From Mytilus trossulus (Eukaryota): a stretch of DNA of 64,000 nucleotides. The stretch is taken from NCBI RefSeq assembly GCF_036588685.1, contig NC_086376.1, positions 67,621,630-67,685,629 of the forward strand, written 5' to 3'. A program made the position numbers and the translations under genes. Positions 53,860-64,000 of the stretch are shown here, piece by piece (the stretch's first letter is position 1; every line of letters starts with the position of its first letter). The notes beneath the pieces were generated by a model. That model ran no database searches, had not been told where the DNA came from, and saw only the letters and a list, made by a program, of their open reading frames with translations.

Positions 53860-54190
53860 TACTTTTCTACATTGGCTAGAGGTATAGGGGGAGGGTTGAG
53901 ATCTCATAAACATGTTTAACTCCGCCGCATTTTTGCGCCTGTCCCAAGTCAGGAGCCTCTGGTCTTTGTTAGTCTTGTATTATTTTAATTTTAGTTTCTC
54001 GTGTACAATTTGGAAATTAGTATGGCGTTCATTATCACTGAACTTGTATATATAGCTGAAGGATGCCTCGATCCGGGTGCGGGAATTTTTCGTTACATTG
54101 ACGAACTGTTGGTGACCTTCTGCTGTTGTTTTTTCTATGTTCGGGTTGTTGTCTCTTTGATACATTCCCCATTTCCATTCTCAATTTTAT
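53860..54190 (+). repeat. Abundant SINE-like interspersed repeat
   Basis: GCCTGTCCCAAGTCAGGAGCCT ... GTCTCTTTGAxACATTCCCCATTTCCATTCTC. Related copies lie at 23806-23987, 25310-25700 and 14200-14342 (minus). Confidence 0.75.
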
Positions 54191-55129
54191 TTAACAATTC
54201 AACTAAATATTTTTATCATAAGATTAATTTTACACTTCAGATTTTTTGTGAAAAGGGCTACTACAGATATTTTTAAATAAACTTCCAACACTGTTTTCCC
54301 ATTTTTCAGAATAATTTAAAGGGCTAATTTTTGGTTGAATGTTTTTCACACTGCGGAAAAAAACACCTTCGCCTAAAATTGACAATATTTTTATAGCTTC
54401 ATACGTTTGTACGCCGAGAACAACATTATGGCGTGCTTCTTAAAACATTTAACACATTTGTATAAGCATAAGCAGAAAGGTAGTTTAGTTTAAAGTAGCA
54501 TCATTTGCTGTAAATAACTTGAATATGAAATTATTTGTGTAAATGATGTTCTGGAATCGTTTTTGATGACCCTTGTATGTGAGGTATGTAAGCTTTGACA
54601 TAATGGGGTTATCCTCTTGAGAAAAAAAAATATTTATCTATTTAATACATATTCAATTCCAGTTGATTGTAACAACTTTTTGATTTTGGCCCTTTGAAGA
54701 AATAAATTTAGAGGAAATAGCAAAGACATCTTAAAAGATCATAAGACGATACCTCTACTTTTGAATTGTCAATTTAGTAACATAGTGAAAATTCTCAATC
54801 ATTTTTTTTTTATTAAACTTATTTTTTATGGTGATGTTGTTTAAATAGTCGGGCAAATTCAGATACGATTAATATAAGCTCATTTATTTCTTTGAATAAA
54901 TTCATTTTTAAAGGATACTAATCTAATTAAACGTAATTTTGTTCATCAAATTTCTGTGTTGGTTAACGTAGAAGCTTCTTAATGAGTGAATAAGTTTACT
55001 GGATATACATGAATTGAGAACCCTGATTTTTCAAAGACGTTTGCGATAAGATCATTCCGTATATCGCAAATATATATTGAATTAAAAATTTGAGTAGCTT
55101 ACAATTTGGAGAGTTTTCAATTTCCAATA

Positions 55130-55485
55130 AAAGAGGGACGAAAGATACCAGCGAAAGATACCAGAGGGGTAGTCAAACTCATAAATCGAAAATAAACTGA
55201 CAACGCCATGGCTAAAAATGAAAAAGAAAGACAATCAATAGTACACATGACACAACATATAAAACTCAGGTGCTCCGGAAGGGTAGGTAGATCAGTTCTG
55301 CTCCAGATTGCACCAACCGTGTTGCTAATGTTATAACAAATCCGGTGAATAGTTTAATTCGGTAGGTCACATTCATGAAAGGGTAGGGGATTTTAGTTAC
55401 GATGTAAGGAACATATCGATATCATCTGTGAAAAGGTTATTCCATAACGGCCAACCAACTCGTGATGGCGTCCGTAAAATTTACG
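55130..55485 (-). mobile_element. 3' fragment of a Penelope-like retroelement
   Basis: Minus frame RKFYGRHHELVGRYGITFSQMIS matches the recalled C-terminus of PLE reverse transcriptases. It is followed by the GGAGCAG..CTACCCTTCCGGAGCACCTGAG tail. Confidence 0.6.
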
Positions 55486-56118
55486 TAGGGCTATTTATTT
55501 CACCATTTAGACTATTTTCACAGTGACATAAACACGAGTAGAAGATTGGTATCGGAGTTTGTGGATATAATTTGGCTTAAGTTCAAAAATAATCATATTA
55601 CTTATTTCATGACATTTTGTTTCTACAGAAATATATATTTATTAACAAGTAAGATAACAAACAAACAAAAAACTCCGAGAATTTTTTTAAACGGAAAGTC
55701 CCTAAGAAAATGACACACACCAAACGAATGAATAACAACTGCCATATTTCTGTCTTGGTACAGACATTGTTGTTAGGTCAAAAATAGTGGATTAAACCTG
55801 GTTTTATAGTTAGCGAAACCTATCACTTGTATGACAGTCGTATTCTGGAACACCTAAGATCACCCCAGTTGTTGGTGGGGTTAGTGTTGCTTAGACTTTA
55901 GTTTTCTTGGTTGTGTCTTGTACTATTATATGTCTGTGTGTCTTTGTCTTTTTTTTGCCATGGCGTTGTAATTTGATTTTCGATCTATGAGTTTGAATGT
56001 CCCTCTGGTATCTTTTGCCCCTCTTTTGTAACGTCTATAATTTCTGAAGTTAACGTAAAATTTCATCTGAAGATCACTACTTACGTGTCTGCAGAGGTTA
56101 TTATGCAGATTTTGTTAT

Positions 56119-56321
56119 GTCTGACACGCCAAACTTCTTCTAAAGAGCACTTCTTACGTCTGACACGCCAAACTTCTTCTAAAGAGCACTTCTTACGTCT
56201 GACACGCCAAACTTCTTCTAAAGAGCACTTCTTACGTCTGACACGCCAAACTTCTTCTAAAGAGCACTTCTTGCGTGTCTGCAGAGATTATTATTCGTAG
56301 ATTTTGTTACGTCTGACACGC
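56119..56321. repeat. 39-bp tandem repeat x4 (GTCTGACACGCCAAACTTCTTCTAAAGAGCACTTCTTAC)
   Basis: Perfect copies, flanked by a duplicated GTGTCTGCAGAG.TTATTAT segment. Confidence 0.92.
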
Positions 56322-58382
56322 TTAATTTGTCATGAAACCAATTGTATGTTGAAATTTTGAAAATAGTTATGTCGGTATTATGAACCATTCATAAAAATGA
56401 TAACCAGTTTTGTAGACTTCCAACAAGGGTAATACCTTTTCTACCAGAGTTGCTCATCATAGTGTTGTGTATGATTTTGTTGCATTGATGCATTAATTAA
56501 GCCAACCTTTGTAGTGTCTATGCGTGTATATGACACCTTTACTCTTAGGATGTGCATTGCTTACTTCGTTAATCTTAGAAAACGTGACTTTGTTTAGTTG
56601 TAATTGGTTTGAGCTATCTTTCAGTAACTATGAGTCCACTTAAATCGCTGCTCTGTTTCATTTATTTTGTTTTTAACTTATTATGTTAGTTGTTTTGTCC
56701 ATCGTACAAATCTTTTGAGCTAAGCCAATCGCAACATATTTTTACAGTGTGTTCTAATGTTGTGCTGTTATACCCTGTCCGAGGTTAGAGGAGGGTTGAG
56801 AGCTCCCAAACAGCCTTTACTCCAACCATATTATCTATGTGCCTGTCCCAAGTTAGGAGCCTGTACTTCAAGGATTGTCGTTCATGGGTGTCATATTTGT
56901 TTTTTTCTCTATTTGTTTTGTTATAAATTGAGCCGTTCGTTTTTTTGTTTTGACTTGTTTCACATTTTTCACGTGATGGCCTTTTATTGCTACCTTTAAT
57001 GTACGGATTTTTTTTCATGAATGATTTTATACAATATTGCCCACTATAATGAACTCTCATTTTTTATATTTTACTGCACCATTGTCCGATTTTTCTATTG
57101 AATACGATGCATCTCCTTTTCCCGGTAATAGACATAGATACATTTTTTTAGTATTGTCCTTCTTTATTATATATCACCTCAGACATGTTTTCCTGAATGC
57201 AGGTATTGATTTCTGCTAAGTACTTTTTATAACTTTAAAAATTCGCATTCTATTTTTTCTCTCTAATTATAATATTTTTTAAGAAATCTTAATTTCGATC
57301 TCCATTACTAAATTTACACAAAGAACAAGAAAACTCAGTATATGAAAAGAATTATACTTTTTAATGACATTATGATGTGTAACAGAAATGCAAGTACAAG
57401 CTTAACAATAATAATCTATTACGCAGCTACTGGAAGTGTACTAATGATTGTTCCCTTCTAATTAAAATATTTTTTAGAAATATCAACCTCCCACCTTTTT
57501 AAATTAATCTCGATCAGAAAAGCTACAAAAAATACCAGAAAAATCAGTAAATGAAAAGCAGTTTACACTTTAATAGAATAGCAATATCTAACAGAACTAA
57601 ACAATAATTAACTTCCAATAAATGTTCGCAACTATTGAAAGCAAGCTTAACATAACCTACACCATTTTTTTATTCATTATATATGTCTCATAACTAGTGC
57701 ATCTTTAAGGTTTGAACAGTTAATAATAGATATTTATTTATCATATACTTAGAGCAAATAACATATACATTTTACAGCATGATAAAAGCATTAATTACAC
57801 ATGAATTCCATATTTTCCGAAATGATGCTTAGAGACCGATATGAAAAATTTATGAACTCTTCGGCTGATATTGAACATTGGGCTTCTGATAAATCTGATT
57901 AGATAAATGCCATGTAATAATCTGATAGTATACAAATATATCCTCTCTGTAAAAGTTTGATTACAGTATTTACAACGTAAAATGGGGATACGGTAGATGT
58001 AAGCAGAGTATGGGAACCAAAAATGTTTTAATGTGTGCTGGTTAGCAACAACACTGGTGTCCGAATGAATAATTCACACCGGTCTATTCGGTAAAGGGTT
58101 TGTGATGTCGACAAGGAATCTTCCTTTATAAGACAAATGTCTATCCATAAAATAATCACGATATCATTATAACATATACACACAAAGAAAAGATATGAAA
58201 ATCCTTGACATTGAAAGGAAAGTACAATGCAAGTATTAAACAGATAACTGAGTTTTATTCATGCTACTGTTAAAAAAAAGTACAATCACAAAAGAGGGGT
58301 TCATGTCACAAGCACCTGTGATAAAACGCACTAAAGTATCTACGAATATAATAACATTAAGTTCGACAAATATATCACTCAG

Positions 58383-59373
58383 TTAATTTGGTAAGTTACT
58401 TTCCTCATTGGTATTTTGCCTGTTTTTGTTCCTTGTTTTCACTTGACCAAAATTGATTGCACATGCAGTGAATTTTTCTTTCAATTGATTTCGAAACTGT
58501 TTAGACATCGCAATATAAACCCATATATTTATCATGTATGAAATGTTCAGATTGATGTTACAAAACCATACACCCATTGATGTCTTGATCCATGCTGGCT
58601 GTTTGGGAAGGAAACTGTAGTAATACATCAACGCTGTCATGGGAAGCTCACCCAGTACAAATATAAACATAACCAGAACCAGCATAATGGTTGTTCCGGC
58701 TTTGATTTGTCGGTTAGACGGCTGACTTGCCAACATTTGTCTTCTATGGATAGTCAACAAGCAGATAATCATGCATATAGTTATTAAAACTGCTGGTGTA
58801 AGATGCAAAGTAAAAAAATCGTATAGTTGAGTACATCTTCCACATATCTTTGAACCAAATTATGTTATCAAAGCTACAATACAAAGCTGATACGTTGTTG
58901 GTCGATAGCTTAATAATACCCTGAACGTCTCGGAATAAAATCAAAGGTATACAGAAAGTCATCATTGCTGCAAAGGAAACAACAACAAATAATGTTGTCG
59001 TCTTAATCCCACATAACCGTGGGCCTTTGAATGGGAACGCACAAACAACAGCTCTCTGAATAGCAAGGAAAGTTGTCGAAAGGATGGATAAGGAATGAAA
59101 GAGTATGGCTATTATAAGTGTTAGTGTGTCTATGTAGCATCCAGCAGTGGGCCAATTTCCGACGATGTTTGATGAAATACTTTTTACAAGCCCTGACATC
59201 ATAGCAAGTGTGTCATATATAGCTATAATGGAAAGGAGGACGGATATTGGTGTTCTGATGTTTCGAGTTAGCCAAATAGTAACAACAAATGTGTTGGTAA
59301 TGAGAATAATCCCGAACAGTCCTGCTTTGACAACAATACTTTCTAGATTTTGAACATCTAATTTGAAATACAT
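58383..59373 (-). CDS. Class A (rhodopsin-like) GPCR, peptide receptor type (sex-peptide/FMRFamide-receptor-like), interrupted by one frameshift at the homopolymer 58812-58818
   Basis: Two overlapping ORFs give TM1-4 (N in TM1, IAIYD in TM2, LAIQRAVVCAFPF at the end of TM3) and TM5-7 (HLTP, GELP, SYMINIWVYIAMSKQFR). Removing one T restores RFFTLHLTP. Splice acceptor tttctttcag lies 23 nt upstream of the ATG. Confidence 0.85.
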
Positions 59374-60559
59374 GCTACCAGCTTTCTGTAAGTTGGCTGA
59401 AAGAAATTAAAAAGGATGGGTATAGATTTAAAAATACATACAAGAATCGAAATTTTGCAAGTTGTTTTATTATAGACAATGATAATATATTTGTAATTAA
59501 GGGCATTTTGAAATAGGTTTTTGATGAATAAATACACAACACAATCATCTGAAATACTAGAACACTATGGTAAAAAAAATCAAAAAGTTAAATGGTTTCT
59601 CTGAATTTGTTTTTAATATTTTTCTCCTTGTTTAAACGAGAGAAAAAAGTTGCTATTGGTCTTTAATGTAAATATGTATTTGATTACAACAGGCATTGTA
59701 TTGCAATTTGCAGTATAGCGTTTACTATAATACAAAAAAGAGTTCAAGATGATTTTTATTCAAAAACGAAATATTTGCACAGAATTATGCCCTTATATAC
59801 CTTTACACATTTTTAAACATTAGACCAAAATTAGCAACTTTTTAATTACCTCAAAATAAATTGTTACATTATTTGACAGTGTTCGTTTACCATATAAATA
59901 AATATATAAAAAAGAAGATGTGGTATGATTGCCAATGACACAGGAAAATACGCGGCAAAATAACAAAAATAAGATTTATTATCTGTTTACTTATAATTCT
60001 TTGTATCTTTTTTTCTTATGTTTTGAAAGATTTGTAGAACTTAAAAGGACTAGTCTCAATTGAATTGTTTCATATCAAGTCAAAGACTTTTCTAACCGGC
60101 TATACGGTAAAGGTTTTCTATATATATATATATATATTTGTTAGTATGTTATAGGAAGTTACAATTTACCGGATATCTACAAAAGGCAATACATAAAGGA
60201 AACAGCAGTATACCGGTGTTGAAAAGTCATAAATTGGTTGACAGAAAACAAATCCGGGTTACAAACTAAAACCGAAGGAAACACACCAACTGTAAGAGAA
60301 AAACATAGGAAAAACGGGATGATTGAAATGCAACAAAAAACCAACACCAACATACATAGACATTTGCCATATTCCAGGTTTTGTACAGGACATTTTAGGC
60401 CCAAAAAAAAGGTGGATTGAACCTTGTTTTATGGCTAGCCAAACCTTGTGCTTATATGACAATTTTAAGATGCTAAAATGACAACACTACGTGACAGAAA
60501 TACAGCACAAACCTACGCAAAAACATTCATCACAGAGAAACGCACAACAAAATAATATA

Positions 60560-60875
60560 ATAAAATTAACGGTACCAATTTTCTTGCACCAGATGCGCAT
60601 TTCGCCAATACATGTCTCTTCAGTGATGCTCGTAGCCAAACTATATGAAATCCAAAGCTTTTATAAAAGATGAAGAGCTATAATCCAAAAGGTCCAAAAA
60701 GTATAGCCAAATCCGTGGAAGGAATTAGAGCTTTGCATTAGGGAGATACATTCCTTAAAAATATAATGATTTCTAATTTTTTGTAACAGCAAATTTTAAT
60801 AACACAAAAAACCCGTATTTTCATGCCAGTACCGACGCACTGGCTACTGGGCTGGTGATACCTTCGGGGACCAGT
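60560..60875 (-). mobile_element. Partial non-LTR retrozyme-like monomer carrying the hammerhead
   Basis: Non-coding unit containing the hammerhead. Resembles, from memory, the tandem hammerhead-containing retrozyme repeats reported in Mytilus. Confidence 0.55.
60586..60629 (-). ncRNA. Minimal type I hammerhead ribozyme
   Basis: Minus strand reads GCAUCA-CUGAAGA-GACAUGUAUUGGC-GAAA-UGCGCA-UC-UGGUGC. This gives core boxes CUGANGA and GAAA, a 6-bp stem I, a short palindromic stem III and an AUC cleavage triplet. Stem II has one mismatch. Confidence 0.75.
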
Positions 60876-61159
60876 GTATAATTGTCGACATAACAAGCAC
60901 CAACAACGAACATCTTTCATCAATGACATACACCACATGATATCACAAACAGTGACGCACTTAATCACGTAACGAACATGCAATTTCGAGCTTTATACAA
61001 TTATTTTCATAGTTCCAGTTCAAACAGTTGTACTGAAAATTATGGTATTGAAAGATAATTTTATTATTATTTGGACTACAAACGATCAGGCATCATTCAT
61101 AATCCGACCGAAACCATAACAGAAACATAAAAAATAAATAATAAATACATATTTACATA

Positions 61160-61748
61160 AAGGAGAGGCGAAAGATGCCAAAGGGACAGTCAAACTTAAA
61201 AATAAAAAATAAACTGACATTGCTAAAAAATGAATGACAAACAGACAAACATTAGCACACAAGACACAACATAAAAAAAATAAAGACTTAGCAACACGAA
61301 CCCTACGAAAAACTGGGGTTGATTTCTGGTGCTCCGGAAGGGTAAGCAGATCCTGCTCCAAATGTGGAACCCGCCGTGTCTCTTATATTTATCAATGTAA
61401 ATTATATAAAAAAGACATCGAGACACGTCGTATATCAATGCAAATTCATACTCAGTTAATTCGGAAAGGGTAATTGGCTGACAAACGCCATAGATAATCA
61501 GGAACACATATATTAACTATTAGATATACTGTTCCCAGAGATAATATACCACAATATAAGACGTGGTAAAAAAAGTTATCAGTTTGTTTCGACACAAACA
61601 CATTGTATAGATCAACATATTGGTGATGATATCCATAAAAATTACGGAGTCTAATTTTTAATCTGTCCTCCTCATAAATTTGTTGGTGCAGTTTTTTGCG
61701 TATCGAGCACGCTCCTGTATATGACAACAGTATAATGTGGACATGCAC
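61160..61748 (-). mobile_element. Decayed 3' fragment of a Penelope-like retroelement
   Basis: Translation ..YTGACS..RLKIRLRNFYGYHHQYVDLYNVFVS plus the same GGAGCAGGATCTGCTTACCCTTCCGGAGCACC tail. Confidence 0.55.
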
Positions 61749-61789
61749 AAGCAGTTGAGATATGTAAAAACTATACGACGGATCAGATG

Positions 61790-62376
61790 TATAAAGGCAA
61801 CAGTAGTATACCGCTGTTCAAAACTCATAAATCCATGGACAAAAAACAAAATCGGGGTAACAAACTAAAACCGAAGGAAACGCATTAAATATAAGAGGAG
61901 AACAACGACACAATACCGAAACGCAACACACACAGAAACGCAACACACACAAAAACGGACCAAGCATCAGACAAAATCACACGAGAATAACACATATAAC
62001 ATCAAAACCAAATACATGAATTTGAGATAGACGAGTACCGTGCCACGTCTTATCTTAATATCTCAAAAATAAGAGAAAACAAACGACACAACATTAAAAT
62101 GCAACACACACAGAAACGAACAATGATATAATTAGTTATCAAAAGTACCAGGATTATAATTTTATACGCCAGACGCAACAATAACAATGGCCAACTTCCT
62201 GACTTGGTACAGGACATTTTTAAAGGGGAATAAAAATGGTGGATTGAACCTGGTTTTGTGGCATTCCAAACCTCGCACTTTAACGACAAAGTTAAGTATA
62301 ACATTGAAATGACAACATAATATTACAGGACTACAATACAAATAAATAGAAGAACATATTAGACAAAGAAACACAT
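61790..62376. repeat. Interspersed repeat (ATAAAGGCAACAGTAGTATACCGCTGTT...) associated with hammerhead remnants
   Basis: A homologous copy lies at 60193-60560. This copy continues beyond the MULE insertion at 63917-64000. Confidence 0.65.
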
Positions 62377-62385
62377 GATTAATAG

Positions 62386-63907
62386 GGTGTCTTCTGGCTA
62401 TTCCTACATTTTGTATTTTACCATTCTGGCTATTCCTACATGGGGGATTAGTGGAAGAACAATACATGTTGTTATTGCAAGATATGTTGTTGTAGTCATT
62501 AGTCTCTAATAACAAATGAATAAGGTACCAGGTAAATTACCGGTGGAAATTAAATAAAAATAATTATTTAGTTGAAAAATATGTATCAAGTATTATAATT
62601 GAAATGGTTTCTTATATAGAATTTCTTGAAAATAAAATCATCTTATGAAAAGGTTGTAAAAGCAACCAGTATTCTGGAATATTCTGTTTTAAAGTAAAAT
62701 TATAAAGACATTTAAAAGTCTAGAAAATACTGTTTAAAAGAAAAAGTAGTTAAAGCATTTAATATTACTCAACAGTTTCAACTTTTAAAAGCTTCAAAGA
62801 TTTAATTGATTTCATTATTTGATAAATAATGATTTTTAAACAACAACAGAAGGTCCACAACAAATCTTTTAGAAGGTTGGCATTGTAAACTAATGAATTT
62901 AATCAATGCAACACACCCAAACATCTTCAGCATGATCATGTTGTTGAGAGCCTTCCGTTTAGAAGGAGGATTGGCGCCTTCAAACGAGTTTCACACCGTA
63001 ATATCCTGAATTGGCTTGTCTCAATTCAGTGATAGCCGTTTGTTGCTGTGTAACGTTTTGTTTTTTGTTCATTATTTTGTACATAAACTAGGTGATTAAT
63101 TTTCTCATTAGATTTATTTTACATTTGTCATTTCGTGGACCTGTTATGATGGTTATATGGTATGGGCTTTGTTTATTGTCGAAGGCCATTTGGTGATCTA
63201 CAGTTGTTATTTTTTTGTCTCATTTTAGTCTCTTGGGGAGAGCAGTCGTATATGGAATCATGCCACATTTTCTTATTTTTGTATTCAAACATTGAAAACA
63301 AGGTTACAGAATGAAAAAAAACTTGCGCTAATCTCATAAGTAGATGCTGCTTCTCATCTTCTTTAACATTGATTCAGACTTTGTATTCTCTTGTGTGTTT
63401 TATTAAGTGAAATTTATCACTGAAGAAGTGCTCTGCTTTCATGTCAATCTGATTTACTTTTGGTGCTTTATTTCAATGAATATGTAGTGTAACTAAAAAA
63501 ATTTAATGCTTTGTTTAAAAAAAAAATACTATAATTTTGATATATTTATAATACATGTATTGTAATTGATATCATTTATGATTTACTTGTATATATTTAT
63601 TTTGTTTACCTAAATAATTTTAAATACTTCTGAATTACATTTGAGCCTATCAATTCATTTTGTATTTTTAATATTTTTTACCCAAAATTTGCCTTTTAAT
63701 TATCTAATAATGTATTGTAATACATATTATTCTTTTTCTTTATTTTCCACAAGATTTACCTGGATTTACCTTGGTTCATTAGTTACGTGTTGTTACAACA
63801 TAATCCCACATAATCCCCTTGTTTACATAAAAATTCTGGGAACTCCTACATAAAATTTTACTATTTTACCTATACAATTCAAAATGTAGGAATAGCCAGA
63901 ATGAACC
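62386..63907. mobile_element. Non-autonomous Mutator (MULE)-like DNA transposon
   Basis: TIR GGTxxxTTCTGGCTATTCCTACATTTTG at both ends. Perfect 9-bp TSD GATTAATAG at 62377-85 and 63908-16. Confidence 0.85.
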
Positions 63908-63945
63908 GATTAATAGATGACAAAAAGAATCAGGTTTAAAATTCA

Positions 63946-63993
63946 ATACGTCAAAAACGCGCCTCGTCAACACAAGACTCACCAGTGACGCCC
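63946..63993 (-). ncRNA. Degenerate, likely inactive hammerhead ribozyme
   Basis: Minus strand reads GCGUCA-CUGGUGA-GUCUUGUGUUGAC-GAGG-CGCG. Topology matches a hammerhead but both core boxes are mutated. Confidence 0.5.
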
Positions 63994-64000
63994 AGAAATA

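Noticed and set aside
56085-56300. 71-aa ORF with RLTRQTSSKEHFL repeats
   Set aside because: It is the translation of a 39-bp tandem repeat. Its sequence is unrelated to the large satellite despite the equal period.

Overview
AT-rich eukaryotic genomic DNA. The interspersed repeat families suggest a bivalve mollusc such as Mytilus (inference from memory, not searched). About 50 kb is occupied by a minus-strand, multi-exon LRRC49-like gene. I reconstructed ten phase-compatible GT-AG exons by hand, from a YY1-marked promoter near 49.8 kb down to 5970; the gene appears to continue past the left edge of the window. Inside it are a 2,433-nt, in-frame, phase 0-0 giant exon of 811 Ser/Thr-rich codons carrying AMPK-family/14-3-3-like motifs, and several candidate alternative first exons. 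One of these is an internal start that would skip the LRR array. A class A peptide-type GPCR with a single homopolymer frameshift lies at 58.4-59.4 kb. The rest is a dense repeat landscape: a 3.4-kb 39-bp satellite, piggyBac-, Mutator- and hAT-like MITEs, Helentron-like elements, Penelope-like 3' ends, and a retrozyme-like unit with a near-intact minimal type I hammerhead ribozyme.
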